NCBI RefSeq assembly: GCF_022846255.1
Contig: NZ_AP025682.1
DNA from: Escherichia coli
GTDB lineage: Bacteria > Pseudomonadota > Gammaproteobacteria > Enterobacterales > Enterobacteriaceae
DNA: 64,000 nt
Direction: 5' to 3' (one strand)
Below, piece after piece: positions 35,105-45,399 of this stretch. The notes under the pieces are model-generated. The model had not been told where the DNA came from and did no database searches. It was given only the letters and a program-made list of their open reading frames with translations. The position numbers were made by a program, and so were the translations under genes. Positions within the stretch are counted from its first letter, which is position 1, and each line of letters opens with the position of its first letter.

Positions 35105-35334
35105 ATTGCCCCATTCTGGGGAAAAGTTAATAAAACAGGGCTTTCGCTGCGAAAAAACGCTATGCAGTTTTTGCCCTTTTTTATGCACCTTTTATTCACT
35201 CGAATTTCGTCATTCTGGACCACTTAAGTTGATTAAATAGGCCTTTCATCGCAAATCTATTGCGAGCGGGGATCGTGTGGTTCCTATAACGTACATTATG
35301 TTAAATCACCTTCTTTTTTAACAAATTTAACAAG

Positions 35335-35357
35335 GTTCGCTATGGCGAACTTTTTTT
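35335..35357 (+). terminator. rho-independent terminator upstream of the holin (candidate tR')
   Basis: Perfect GTTCGC / GCGAAC stem with loop TATG followed by T7; position analogous to the lambda 6S RNA terminator. Confidence 0.6.
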
Positions 35358-35458
35358 GTATTCAGGGCCCACCGAAGGACGGCTCATAACCCAATCCTAC
35401 GGGCGTATACGCAGGGCCCGCCTTTCAACAACACCCCGTAATGGCGGAGGTGGGAAGT

Positions 35459-35800
35459 ATGAAAATGCACAATGCTCCTCATTCCTGGCCTGACTTACTG
35501 GAACTCTTACAAAGTTGGTGGCGTGGAGATACGCCGTTGGGCGCAGTGGTTATGTCAATTGTTATGGCTGGTTTGCGCATTGCCTATTTTGGCGGTGGCG
35601 GCGGCTGGAAACGAAAAACGCTTGAGATTTTGCTCTGTGGTGCTCTGACGCTGACCTTTGCATCCGCTCTTGAGTATGTTGGATGGCCTAAATCGCTTTC
35701 TGTTGCCATTGGTGGCGGCGTTGGGCTGATCGGTGTCGATGCTATTCGTGGGGCTGCAATGCGAGTAATCGGTAACAAATTTGGTAGCTCGAAGGAGTAA
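35459..35800 (+). CDS. holin
   Basis: 113 aa from MKMHN... with dual-start M-K-M motif, GGAGG Shine-Dalgarno and hydrophobic segments; precedes the endolysin. Confidence 0.7.
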   Translation: MKMHNAPHSWPDLLELLQSWWRGDTPLGAVVMSIVMAGLRIAYFGGGGGWKRKTLEILLCGALTLTFASALEYVGWPKSLSVAIGGGVGLIGVDAIRGAAMRVIGNKFGSSKE

Positions 35801-35803
35801 TTT

Positions 35804-36280
35804 ATGCAGGAACTAAATCCCCAGCGTAAAGCTTTCCTGGATATGTTGGCCTGGTCAGAAGGAACGGATAACGGGCGACAACCGACACGTAATCACGGTT
35901 ATGACGTTATCGTCGGAGGTGAGTTGTTCACTGATTACTCCGATCACCCTCGCAAACTTGTCACGCTAAACCCGAAGCTTAAATCAACAGCTGCAGGCCG
36001 GTATCAACTTCTTTCACGCTGGTGGGATGCCTACCGCAAGCAGCTTGGCCTGAAAGATTTTTCGCCAGAAAGTCAGGACGCTGTGGCGCTGCAGCAGATT
36101 AAAGAGCGTGGCGCTTTACCGATGATTGACCGTGGCGATATTCGTCAGGCAATCGACCGTTGCAGCAATATCTGGGCGTCGTTACCTGGTGCAGGTTACG
36201 GTCAGTATGAACATAAAATCGGTGACCTGATTTCCAGGTTTAAAGATGCTGGTGGGGTGGTAAATGAAGCTGACTTATAA
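35804..36280 (+). CDS. endolysin (lambda R-like lytic transglycosylase)
   Basis: 158 aa; near-identical by eye to lambda R over NQRKAFLDMLAWSEGTDNGRQ...HGYDVIVGGELFTDYSDHPRKLVT. Confidence 0.9.
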   Translation: MQELNPQRKAFLDMLAWSEGTDNGRQPTRNHGYDVIVGGELFTDYSDHPRKLVTLNPKLKSTAAGRYQLLSRWWDAYRKQLGLKDFSPESQDAVALQQIKERGALPMIDRGDIRQAIDRCSNIWASLPGAGYGQYEHKIGDLISRFKDAGGVVNEADL

Positions 36281-36788
36281 GATTGTCATCGCGGCATTTT
36301 TCTTCTCTGTCTTTGGGGCGCTCGTCTGGTCTGCAAACCATTACCACAGCAAGTATCAGGCAGAAAAGTTGCGGGCTGATAAAGCGGAAGGTGAAGCTGA
36401 ATATCAAGGGAAAGTGATAGCTAATCAGGCATTAAACTTCAATCGTTTTAACCAGATAGCAGAAAACGCAAGCCGATTAAATTCTCTGGTCGACATCGGT
36501 CACGAGAAGACAGTCATCAAATACCGTGAGGTTCTGCTCCGTGAAAAGAACTGTGATTTCCCTGTTCCTGTTGATATTGCTGTCGGGTTGCTCAACTACG
36601 CGAACCGTTTACGTGCCAGCGCATTGCACGCCGATTCCGGGGACATTGACTCAGCCGGTGATCGTGCCACTACCACCAGAACGTTGACATATTGCCAGGC
36701 TGTTCTGTGGATTAACCCACTGTTGGCAGCCATCGAGAAGGCGAATAACCAGTTGGCTGGTGTCCGACAAATAGAACAGTCCCGGTAA
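36264..36788 (+). CDS. i-spanin (Rz-like)
   Basis: 174 aa; N-terminal membrane helix and coiled-coil; directly follows the endolysin. Confidence 0.75.
   Translation: MKLTYKIVIAAFFFSVFGALVWSANHYHSKYQAEKLRADKAEGEAEYQGKVIANQALNFNRFNQIAENASRLNSLVDIGHEKTVIKYREVLLREKNCDFPVPVDIAVGLLNYANRLRASALHADSGDIDSAGDRATTTRTLTYCQAVLWINPLLAAIEKANNQLAGVRQIEQSR
36541..36687 (+). CDS. o-spanin (Rz1-like lipoprotein) embedded in Rz in the +1 frame
   Basis: 48 codons, GTG start with GAGG Shine-Dalgarno; MKRTVISLFLLILLSGC lipobox followed by a proline-rich mature region; below the ORF-track cutoff. Confidence 0.6.
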   Translation: MKRTVISLFLLILLSGCSTTRTVYVPAHCTPIPGTLTQPVIVPLPPER

Positions 36789-36849
36789 TAGCATTACAGA
36801 AGCTCTTCCAGGAGGGGCTTCGATAATGACCTGATAACTGGAAAATAAA

Positions 36850-37422
36850 ATGACTAAGAAGCTGAAAGCAAAACACGAGGTGTTTTGTCGCGAGTTTCTT
36901 GTCGATCTGAATGCTACACAAGCAGCTATTCGCGCAGGCTACGTCTCCAGGCGAGCACATGTTACGGGGGCTGAACTATACGGTAAACCTGAGATACGCG
37001 CCCGTATTAACGAGCTAAAGCAGGAGCGTATTGATCAACTGGGCATTGATGCGAATTATGTGCTGATACGACTGGTTGAGATCGACAGGCTCGATGTGGC
37101 TGACATCCTGGAGGACGATTTAAGTATTAAGCCTCTGTCTGCGTGGCCGGAATCGTGGCGTCGGTACCTGAGTGGATTTAACCTCGCTGAAATGTTTGAG
37201 GGGCGAGGAGATGACAGAGAAATGGTCGGGATCCTTAAAAAGATTAAGTGGCCTGATAAGGTTAAAAACCTTGAGTTGCTTGGGCGTCATGTTTCTGTTC
37301 AGGCGTTTAAAGACAACGTCAAAAATGAAGTGACTGGCGCTGATGGAGGACCCGTCAGAACAGAAATTACCAACTTAACGCCGGAGCAGGCTGCAGAGGC
37401 GTATAGAAAAATGATGGGCTAA
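36850..37422 (+). CDS. terminase small subunit
   Basis: 190 aa; [12 protein letters not shown] helix-turn-helix-like N-terminus; immediately precedes the large subunit. Confidence 0.65.
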   Translation: MTKKLKAKHEVFCREFLVDLNATQAAIRAGYVSRRAHVTGAELYGKPEIRARINELKQERIDQLGIDANYVLIRLVEIDRLDVADILEDDLSIKPLSAWPESWRRYLSGFNLAEMFEGRGDDREMVGILKKIKWPDKVKNLELLGRHVSVQAFKDNVKNEVTGADGGPVRTEITNLTPEQAAEAYRKMMG

Positions 37423-37424
37423 GT

Positions 37425-39047
37425 ATGCCGTTACCATTCCCCTTCGATTTTAAACATCCTGATTACCAGATGGTTTTTGAATGGCGGATGGAACGCCTGC
37501 AGCGCATTCGCCAGAATCCTGAAATATTGCCTGCACTAAAACAGTTTTACCGAACTAATCCGGCTCAGTTCATCATCGACTGGGGCATGACAACGGACCC
37601 GCGTAATATTGATTATGGCCTGCCGGTGACCATTCCGTTTTTACTCTTCCCTAAGCAGGAGGAGTGGATCCACTGGATTATGGAACGCTGGGGCAATCGG
37701 GAGAATGGTATTACCGAAAAATCCCGTGAAATGGGGCTCAGTTGGACCGCGATCGGACTGGCATGTTCGCTTTGTCTCTTCAACAAAGAAATGGTTATCG
37801 GTTTCGGCTCCCGTAAAGAGGAATACGTCGACAGCACCGGTGACCCGAAAGCATTGTTCTGGAAGGCGCGCAAGTTCGTGGAAACACTGCCTGTAGAGTT
37901 TCGCGGTTCGTGGAGCGAGAAGAAGCACGCGCCATATATGCGTGTTGAGTTTCCTGAAACTGGTGCCGTTATCAAAGGCGAGGCTGGCGATAATATTGGT
38001 CGTGGTGACCGTACCACGCTTTATCTGGTTGATGAGGCTGCATTCCTTCAGCGTCCTCTGCTGATTGATGCGGCGTTGTCACAAACGACGCGTTGCCGTA
38101 TCGACCTGAGTTCAGTTAACGGCATGGCGAACCCGTTCGCTCAGAAGCGTCATGGCGGGAAGATACCAGTATTCACATTCCACTGGCGGGATGATCCTCG
38201 CAAGGATGAAGAGTGGTATCGCAGGGAATGCGAGAAAATCGATAATCCGGTGGTGGTGGCACAGGAACTTGATCTGAACTACAGCGCATCAGCGGAAGGC
38301 GTCCTGATTCCATCCGAATGGGTACAGGCTGCCGTTGATGCGCATATCAAACTGGGTATCCAGCCAACAGGCAAACGACTTGGCGCGATGGATGTCGCCG
38401 ACGAAGGCAGGGACAAAAATGCCTTTTCCACCCGTCATGGCTTCCTCCTGGAAAATGTGCGGGAATGGTCCGGTGTGGGCAGCGACATTTATCAGTCCGT
38501 CGAGAAGGTTTTCGGCTTTTGCGAACAGGATAACCTCGAAGAGTTTCGCTTTGACGAGGACGGGCTGGGCGCTGGCGTTCGCGGCGATGCACGCGCTATC
38601 AACGAACTGCGTAACGCTGCGCGTCGACCGTCAATACTCGCCACACCGTTTCGAGGTAGTGGCGCGGTATTTGATCCGGATGATGAAGCTGTTCGCGGGG
38701 ACAACGGGCAAGCCGCACGTCTGAACAAGGACTTCTTCGCTAACGCCAAAGCCCAAAGCTGGTGGCGGTTACGTAAACTTTTTCAGAATACCTGGCGCGC
38801 CGTGGTTGAAGGTATGGCTTACAACCCGGACGAAATCATCTCAATCAGCAGTAGCATGGCACTCAAAGATAAACTCATCATCGAGCTTTCGCAGCCGACC
38901 TATTCCATTAATGGTGTGGGAAAAATCGTTATTGATAAACAGCCTGATGGGACCCGGTCGCCAAATCTTGCCGACTCGGTGATGATCAACTATGCCCCAA
39001 TGAATTCAGCCCTGAACATCTGGGAGTTGCTAGGGAGACAGGCCTGA
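37425..39047 (+). CDS. terminase large subunit
   Basis: 540 aa; position and size; acidic [10 protein letters not shown] Walker-B-like motif. Confidence 0.65.
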   Translation: MPLPFPFDFKHPDYQMVFEWRMERLQRIRQNPEILPALKQFYRTNPAQFIIDWGMTTDPRNIDYGLPVTIPFLLFPKQEEWIHWIMERWGNRENGITEKSREMGLSWTAIGLACSLCLFNKEMVIGFGSRKEEYVDSTGDPKALFWKARKFVETLPVEFRGSWSEKKHAPYMRVEFPETGAVIKGEAGDNIGRGDRTTLYLVDEAAFLQRPLLIDAALSQTTRCRIDLSSVNGMANPFAQKRHGGKIPVFTFHWRDDPRKDEEWYRRECEKIDNPVVVAQELDLNYSASAEGVLIPSEWVQAAVDAHIKLGIQPTGKRLGAMDVADEGRDKNAFSTRHGFLLENVREWSGVGSDIYQSVEKVFGFCEQDNLEEFRFDEDGLGAGVRGDARAINELRNAARRPSILATPFRGSGAVFDPDDEAVRGDNGQAARLNKDFFANAKAQSWWRLRKLFQNTWRAVVEGMAYNPDEIISISSSMALKDKLIIELSQPTYSINGVGKIVIDKQPDGTRSPNLADSVMINYAPMNSALNIWELLGRQA

Positions 39048-40513
39048 TGGCACGAAACAAACAAGCCCTGCGGCGAACTGCGCAGGCCACAGCTGATGGT
39101 TATGAGAATTTTATCGCCCGCGTAGGGATGCAGACACCTAACCAGCACTCAGCATCCACCTACCGGGCTAATTTCACCAGTCGTAACCGCATGCTGGTGG
39201 AATGGTCCTATCGTTCTTCCTGGATCATCGGCGAAGCAGTCGATGCTATCCCGGATGATATGACCCGCAAAGGCATTCGCATCACTTCGGAAATTGATGC
39301 AAAAGATCGTGGCATTCTCGAATCACAACTGGATGAGTTGCAAATCTGGGATGCGCTGAATGACGTGCTGAAATGGTCGCGCCTCTACGGCGGCGCGGTG
39401 GGTTTCATCATGATTGAGGGGCAGGCACCAATGACCCCGCTGCGACCCGAAACCATCGGTAAGGGCAAGTTTAAGGGGATTCTCCCGCTCGACCGCTGGA
39501 TGATTGACCCGGTACTGACCCGCCGCATTAAAGATATGGGGCCGGACCTGGGTAAACCTGAGTTTTATGATGTGGTGACCACAGCAACGGGAATTCCTGC
39601 CTGGCGCATTCATCACAGTCGCCTGATTCGCTTTGATGGCGTCACGCTGCCATTTCAGCAGAAGATGACCGAGAACGAATGGGGAATGTCGGTTGTAGAG
39701 CGTATCTGGGATCGTCTTACCGCGTTCGACAGCGCTACTGTCGGTGCGGCGCAGCTGGTCTACAAGGCGCATTTGCGTACCTACAGCGTGGAGAAGCTAC
39801 GCGAGCTTATCGCACTTGGTGGTCCTGCGTATGAAGCGTTGCTGAAGAATATTGACCTGATTCGACAGTTCCAGAGCAATGAAGGCATGACTCTCATGGA
39901 CTCGCGGGATAAGTTTGAAACCCATCAGTACAGCTTCAGTGGTCTGGATGACATCCTTTCACAGTTTGCAGAACAGATTAGTGGCGCTGTTGGTATCCCA
40001 CTGGTGCGGTTGTTCGGACAGTCCCCGAAGGGATTTTCTACCGGCGATGCAGACCTTGCCAACTATTACGACCGGGTAAGTTCGTTGCAGGAGAGGCGTT
40101 TACGTCTTCCGGTGCGGCGGATACTGGACATCATGCATCGTTCGGAACTTGGCAAGCCGCTCCCGGATGATTTTACATTTGAGTTTAACCCGCTCTGGCA
40201 AATGTCTGATGTCGATCGTTCAACGGTGGCATTAAATACCACCAACGCAATCAGTACAGCGCTGGGTGATGGTCTGATGACACTGAAAGCTGCTATGACT
40301 GATTTGCGCGAAAATTCTGACGTAACCGGCATCGGGGCATCCATTACCGACGAGGACATCGAGAATGCCGAAGACGAAGCGCCGCCCGGCATCGGCGAAC
40401 CTGATGACGAACCGCAGGAACCGTCAGGCGGAAATCCGCTATCGAACCAGCCTACGCAGGATAGCGCGGGCGGTCGGGGACATCGTAAATGGTCGCTACG
40501 ATGGTTCAAATGA
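39047..40513 (+). CDS. portal protein
   Basis: 488 aa; start overlaps the terminase stop (ATGA); acidic C-terminus. Confidence 0.6.
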   Translation: MARNKQALRRTAQATADGYENFIARVGMQTPNQHSASTYRANFTSRNRMLVEWSYRSSWIIGEAVDAIPDDMTRKGIRITSEIDAKDRGILESQLDELQIWDALNDVLKWSRLYGGAVGFIMIEGQAPMTPLRPETIGKGKFKGILPLDRWMIDPVLTRRIKDMGPDLGKPEFYDVVTTATGIPAWRIHHSRLIRFDGVTLPFQQKMTENEWGMSVVERIWDRLTAFDSATVGAAQLVYKAHLRTYSVEKLRELIALGGPAYEALLKNIDLIRQFQSNEGMTLMDSRDKFETHQYSFSGLDDILSQFAEQISGAVGIPLVRLFGQSPKGFSTGDADLANYYDRVSSLQERRLRLPVRRILDIMHRSELGKPLPDDFTFEFNPLWQMSDVDRSTVALNTTNAISTALGDGLMTLKAAMTDLRENSDVTGIGASITDEDIENAEDEAPPGIGEPDDEPQEPSGGNPLSNQPTQDSAGGRGHRKWSLRWFK

Positions 40514-41138
40514 CAGTATCACGGAAATTATTGAGGCGCTGGAACGCTACAGTGAAATCATAACCCCCTGGGCGACAAAGGTCGCGGAAAACTTTACCGC
40601 CGACATTGTGCGCAAGAATGATGAGCAGTGGCGTAAACACAGCAAAACCATCAGCCGTGAGCTACGCAATCTGGTAAACAGTGCCCCTCCAGGGCAGGTG
40701 ATGAAATCCATCGTTGCTGAACAGGTTAAGTACATCAAATCGCTACCCCTCGAGGCGGCTGACAGGGTGTACGACATCCAGAATCGGGCGATAGAAGCTG
40801 TTGTTACCGGTGGGAGAGCGGAACATTTTGCTAAAGAAATAGCAGCATCGGGTGATATAGCAAAGTCCAGAGCTGACCTGATTGCCTGTACTGAACTTGG
40901 ACGTGCAACCGGCGCGCTGGATCAGGCGCGTGCGCTGTCAATTGGTTCGAATGGTTATATCTGGCGTACAGCCGAAGATGGTGATGTCAGGCATTCTCAT
41001 CGGGAAATGGAAGGTAAATTTGTCGAATGGGGCAAACCTCCAACGCTTGACGGCATGACAGGTCACGCTGGCGAGCTCCCGAATTGTCGCTGTAATAAAG
41101 AAATTGTTTTTCCCACCTCCCATTCTTACCCCGCCTGA
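40365..41138 (+). CDS. head morphogenesis protein (Mu F / SPP1 gp7-like)
   Basis: C-terminal HSHREMEGKF...GELPNCRCN motif typical of this family; 5' end overlaps the portal gene by about 110-150 nt, start uncertain. Confidence 0.55.
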   Translation: MPKTKRRPASANLMTNRRNRQAEIRYRTSLRRIARAVGDIVNGRYDGSNDSITEIIEALERYSEIITPWATKVAENFTADIVRKNDEQWRKHSKTISRELRNLVNSAPPGQVMKSIVAEQVKYIKSLPLEAADRVYDIQNRAIEAVVTGGRAEHFAKEIAASGDIAKSRADLIACTELGRATGALDQARALSIGSNGYIWRTAEDGDVRHSHREMEGKFVEWGKPPTLDGMTGHAGELPNCRCNKEIVFPTSHSYPA

Positions 41139-41152
41139 ATCGCAGGTAACAC

Positions 41153-42373
41153 ATGAAATATTTTTTCAATACCCGGCTGGGGGAAACCCGCTATCAGCTG
41201 GCTGACGGCTCGTTGCTGTGCAGAGACGTGCCGATAGGACGAACAGGTAAGCAGCTCTATGGTGCTGATGACCTGCCAAAACTGAAACCCGATAAGTTCG
41301 GTGAAATAGTCGTCACGCGTTCTCCTGAGCAGGTATTCCATCCCGCCACGCTTGCCTCATTCGAAGGAATGAGTATCACGGTGTTGCATCCCGAGGATGA
41401 AAACGGGGATGTGCGGCTGGTGAATCCAGAGAACTGGAAAGAGCTCGCGGTCGGGCATCTTCAGAATGTCCGGCGCGGGGCGGGTGTGCAGTCTGATTTG
41501 ATGCTGGCTGACCTTATCGTCAAAGACGAAAACGCCATTCAGCTGATCGAAGATGGCCTGCGCGAAGTGTCGTGTGGCTATGACGCGGAATATAAACAGG
41601 CTGAGCCGGGTAAGGCTCAGCAGGTCGATATTACCGGAAACCATGTGGCTCTTGTCCCTAAAGGCAGAGCCGGAAATCGTTGTGCAATTGGAGACAGAGA
41701 CACAATGGCAAATCAAAAGAAAAGCTGGTGGACCCGCATGCGCACGGCCATCAAAACGGGTGACGCTGACACCATGAACGAACTGGTGGAGTCGGCTCCC
41801 GCATCGGTTACAGGAGATGAGGGGGATTTGCCGCAGGGCGTTAATCTCAACATCAACCTGTCCCCGCAGCAACCGCTACCGGACAAAGCACCAGAGATGG
41901 GCGGAGGTCCAACCGGCGACAGTGATGATGACCTCAAAACATTACTGAAAGCCCTGCTGGCTAAGCTGGAAGGAAATGCGACGGGCGATAACGACAATAA
42001 GCCTGACGATAATCCGACCGGTGACGGCGAGGACGATGAAGAGGAAACCACGATTACTGGTGACTCAGCCTGGCGTGCCGAAGTTATCGTTCCGGGTATC
42101 GATCTGAGCCGTAAGATGAAACCGACCGCGTTCAAACGTGAGGTTCTGGCTTCTGCTGACAAAACGCTGGTTCGCCAGATAGTCGGTGATGCGGATATCC
42201 GCAAATTACCGAAACAATCGGTCGACATGGCGTTTAATGCCGTGTCTGAGATTGCCAAAGGGCGAAACACCCGCGCCACCACCGGCGATGCACAGCGCCC
42301 AAACATGGGCATGACCAGTATCGCTTCCCTGAACAAACAAAACGCTGAATTCTGGGCAAACCGTAAAGGGTAA
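41153..42373 (+). CDS. putative head protease/scaffold protein
   Basis: 406 aa with a long acidic low-complexity segment; position between morphogenesis and capsid genes. Confidence 0.4.
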   Translation: MKYFFNTRLGETRYQLADGSLLCRDVPIGRTGKQLYGADDLPKLKPDKFGEIVVTRSPEQVFHPATLASFEGMSITVLHPEDENGDVRLVNPENWKELAVGHLQNVRRGAGVQSDLMLADLIVKDENAIQLIEDGLREVSCGYDAEYKQAEPGKAQQVDITGNHVALVPKGRAGNRCAIGDRDTMANQKKSWWTRMRTAIKTGDADTMNELVESAPASVTGDEGDLPQGVNLNINLSPQQPLPDKAPEMGGGPTGDSDDDLKTLLKALLAKLEGNATGDNDNKPDDNPTGDGEDDEEETTITGDSAWRAEVIVPGIDLSRKMKPTAFKREVLASADKTLVRQIVGDADIRKLPKQSVDMAFNAVSEIAKGRNTRATTGDAQRPNMGMTSIASLNKQNAEFWANRKG

Positions 42374-42376
42374 AAA

Positions 42377-42883
42377 ATGAATAATGTATTTCTGTACCGG
42401 ATGCCTGTTGGCATTGCCGGGGCCGTCTCTCGCCCGCAGGACTTAACCGTCGAACCGGTGGTCCTTAAATCCGATAACGCCTTCGCTGCCTATGGCCTGG
42501 CTGGTAAATACGATGATGACGGTTTTTTCGTGCCGCTGGCAGATGGTGATACCGCAGACAAGGTGAAGGGGATCTACGTGCGCCCTTATCCGACCACTTC
42601 GCAGCCGGACATGGTTCGCCAGGTGGGGACTGGCAAGAACTTCCCGGGCGACGCCATGAAGCGTGGCTACGTGACCGTTAATCTCGGTTCTGATTTTGAT
42701 GCCAGCACCATCAAAAAAGGCGACCCGGTATACGTTGTCGTCTCCACTGATGAATCCATCAAAGTGCCGCTGGGTGGATTCATGGCCACGTCAGTCAGTG
42801 GCAAAAACGTGGTGCTGACCAACGCTGAATTCACAGGTGCCGGTGATGCTGACGGCAATGCAGAAATTTCCTGGAAGATTTAA
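42377..42883 (+). CDS. putative head decoration/structural protein
   Basis: 168 aa; position just before the major capsid gene. Confidence 0.35.
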   Translation: MNNVFLYRMPVGIAGAVSRPQDLTVEPVVLKSDNAFAAYGLAGKYDDDGFFVPLADGDTADKVKGIYVRPYPTTSQPDMVRQVGTGKNFPGDAMKRGYVTVNLGSDFDASTIKKGDPVYVVVSTDESIKVPLGGFMATSVSGKNVVLTNAEFTGAGDADGNAEISWKI

Positions 42884-42894
42884 GGAACAGACGA

Positions 42895-43836
42895 ATGATT
42901 ACTTTTGATCAGGCAACCGTTGACAGCTCTGGTGCCTTTCTCATCGGGGAGCTGGAGCGACTCGACCAGACGCTGAACCTGCCACTGGTGGGGTACACCT
43001 GGACCCGCGATATTCAGTTGCGTGAAGATGTCTCCATCGCAGATGACATTTCCAGCTGGACGAATACCAGCTTCGCCGCTGCGGGTACTGGTGCAAATCC
43101 GAATGGCAAAAACTGGGTAGGCAAAGACTCAACCGCTATTGCTGGCGTGAACGTGGATATCGGCAAATCCGGTAACCCGCTGAACTTGTGGGGGATGGAA
43201 CTTGGCTGGACGGTCATAGAATTGCAGGCTGCTCAGCAGATCGGACGCCCGATTGATACGCAGAAGTATGACGGGATGCAACTGAAATGGCAGATGGATA
43301 ACGATGAACAGGTATATGTTGGCGATTCCGCATTAAACCTGAAAGGTCTTGTTACCCTGGACGGCGTGCCTGTCAACAACGCTGCCAAAACGTGGGCAAC
43401 CTCAACACCGGACGAAATCCGCGCAAGCATTAACCAGGTGCTGTCTGATGCGTGGGCCGCTTCCGGTTACTCTGTGGTTCCGCGTGATTTGCTGATCCCG
43501 CCTGAGCAGTTTGCTCTGTTGTCCAGCATCATCGTTTCATCTGCGGGTAACCAGTCCCTGTTGACGTACCTTCAGACCAACACCATCAGCTATCACCAGA
43601 ACGGTGTTCCGCTGAATATCCGCGCGGTTAAATGGCTGAAAGGCCGTGGTGTGGGGAATAAGGATCGCATGGTTGCGTACACCAACGATAAAAAATACGT
43701 CCGCTACCCGCTGGTTCCGCTTCAGAGCGTGCCGGTGCAGTATCGCGGTCTGTATCAGATCGTCACTTACTACGGCAAGCTGGGTGCAGTCGAGCCAGTG
43801 TACAAAGAAACCATTTCGTACGTTGATGGCATTTAA
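42895..43836 (+). CDS. major capsid protein (putative)
   Basis: 313 aa; size and position in the head module. Confidence 0.55.
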   Translation: MITFDQATVDSSGAFLIGELERLDQTLNLPLVGYTWTRDIQLREDVSIADDISSWTNTSFAAAGTGANPNGKNWVGKDSTAIAGVNVDIGKSGNPLNLWGMELGWTVIELQAAQQIGRPIDTQKYDGMQLKWQMDNDEQVYVGDSALNLKGLVTLDGVPVNNAAKTWATSTPDEIRASINQVLSDAWAASGYSVVPRDLLIPPEQFALLSSIIVSSAGNQSLLTYLQTNTISYHQNGVPLNIRAVKWLKGRGVGNKDRMVAYTNDKKYVRYPLVPLQSVPVQYRGLYQIVTYYGKLGAVEPVYKETISYVDGI

Positions 43837-43877
43837 CAGCCACATGGCCCCCTGGCGGGGCCATTAAGGATGACCCG

Positions 43878-44099
43878 ATGGCAAAAAATAATGCAGTAAT
43901 ACACGTACATACCCCGTTTGTGCTCACGCTTCCCGACGGTTCACGGCGCGAGTTTGTTAAAGGCCGTCATGCTGTGGAGGAAGACGTTGCCACGCACTGG
44001 TTCACTCGTGCGCACGCGGAAGTATCCGTTGGCAAAGCCACAGACGCGCGTAACGAGGTAAAAAATGCCAAAGAATCAAAGTCTGCCAGCGGTAAGTGA
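43878..44099 (+). CDS. hypothetical head-module protein
   Basis: 73-aa ORF in the co-oriented late block. Confidence 0.3.
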   Translation: MAKNNAVIHVHTPFVLTLPDGSRREFVKGRHAVEEDVATHWFTRAHAEVSVGKATDARNEVKNAKESKSASGK

Positions 44100-44472
44100 T
44101 TTTCGCCGCGACTTCCCGCAGTTTGCTGACCCTGCCAAATATCCCGAAGCGCAAATCCAGTTTCGTCTGAATCTGGCCGATGAACTGCTGAGCGAAAACG
44201 TCACCGGCAAAAAGTTGTTTCCGTACTTTGCCGGGTTGTTCGTTGCGCACTACATGACGCTCTGGGCGGCAGACAGCCGGGCGATGCTGGCTGGCGGGCC
44301 GGGCGGTTCAACCAATGGTGTTCAGTCCTCAAAGTCCGTGGATAAGGTAAGCGTCAGTTATGACACCAGCGCGACGCTGAATCCTGATGCAGGTTTCTGG
44401 AATAACACCCGATATGGCGCTGAATTTTATCAGTTGATCACGATGTTCGGTGCAGGTGGTCGCCAGCTATGA
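44065..44472 (+). CDS. head-tail connector/completion protein (putative)
   Basis: 135-aa ORF, translationally coupled. Confidence 0.35.
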   Translation: MPKNQSLPAVSDFRRDFPQFADPAKYPEAQIQFRLNLADELLSENVTGKKLFPYFAGLFVAHYMTLWAADSRAMLAGGPGGSTNGVQSSKSVDKVSVSYDTSATLNPDAGFWNNTRYGAEFYQLITMFGAGGRQL

Positions 44473-45023
44473 GTTTCAAAAGCGGTGTAACAACGAGGGT
44501 GGATAACGCTAAGGCTATTCTGGATGCGCTCAGGTCGTTAACCAAAAAAGATGTGCTGGTCGGCATCCCTTCGGAAGACAGCGAGCGGGATGATGTTCCG
44601 TTTGGTAATGCGGGCATCGGTTACCTCAACGAATACGGCTCACCAGAGCAGAACATCCCGCCACGACCTCACCTGGTCCCCGGCGTTAAATCGGCAGAAG
44701 AGCAGACGGTGCCGCAGCTCAAAGCCGCGGCGCAGGCTGCACTTGATGGTAATGCTGCGGGAGCAGAAAGCGTACTCAACCGTGCCGGAACACTGGCCGC
44801 TAATGGCGTCAGGCGTTACATGACCATTACCGGCTTTACGCCGCTTGCTGACAGTACTGTTGAAGCCCGGGCTCGTCGGGGGCGCAAGGGGGCAACACTG
44901 GAACTTGCCCGGCGTGCTGCTGGCGAATCCCCGGGAACCGAACTGGCGAAACCATTAATTGACACCGGGCAATATCGCAGAGCGATTACCCATGTTGTGA
45001 GGGATAAAAATGCCGACTCTTGA
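44469..45023 (+). CDS. head-tail joining protein (putative)
   Basis: 184-aa ORF, overlapping start/stop with neighbours. Confidence 0.35.
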   Translation: MSFKSGVTTRVDNAKAILDALRSLTKKDVLVGIPSEDSERDDVPFGNAGIGYLNEYGSPEQNIPPRPHLVPGVKSAEEQTVPQLKAAAQAALDGNAAGAESVLNRAGTLAANGVRRYMTITGFTPLADSTVEARARRGRKGATLELARRAAGESPGTELAKPLIDTGQYRRAITHVVRDKNADS

Positions 45024-45399
45024 TGTAACAGATGTGCTTTTTGACCCCGATTTTTGCGATTTCAATTTGTGGGTAACACGCCGTGTGCAAACGGTGGATG
45101 AGGACGGGATCGGCAGCGACAGCGAAGTTAAAAAGCAGTTTGCCGGAGTCGTAACTGTTGATCGCTCTCTGGAAAACCGTCGTATGCAGGCCGGGCAGGT
45201 AGTCAGTGGTGCAATTCTGATTGTGACGACTGAGCGACTGACGCAGGGACAGACTGGCCGTGATGCCGATATCGTGACGTATCAGGGCCGTGATTATCGT
45301 GTGACTTTCGTCGACCCGTATACAGCGTATGGTGCCGGATTCGTTCAGGCGCATTGTGAGTTGCTGCCGTTTGATGGGGGAATTCCGGTTGAGCAATAA
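45010..45399 (+). CDS. hypothetical virion protein
   Basis: 129-aa ORF in the late block. Confidence 0.35.
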   Translation: MPTLDVTDVLFDPDFCDFNLWVTRRVQTVDEDGIGSDSEVKKQFAGVVTVDRSLENRRMQAGQVVSGAILIVTTERLTQGQTGRDADIVTYQGRDYRVTFVDPYTAYGAGFVQAHCELLPFDGGIPVEQ

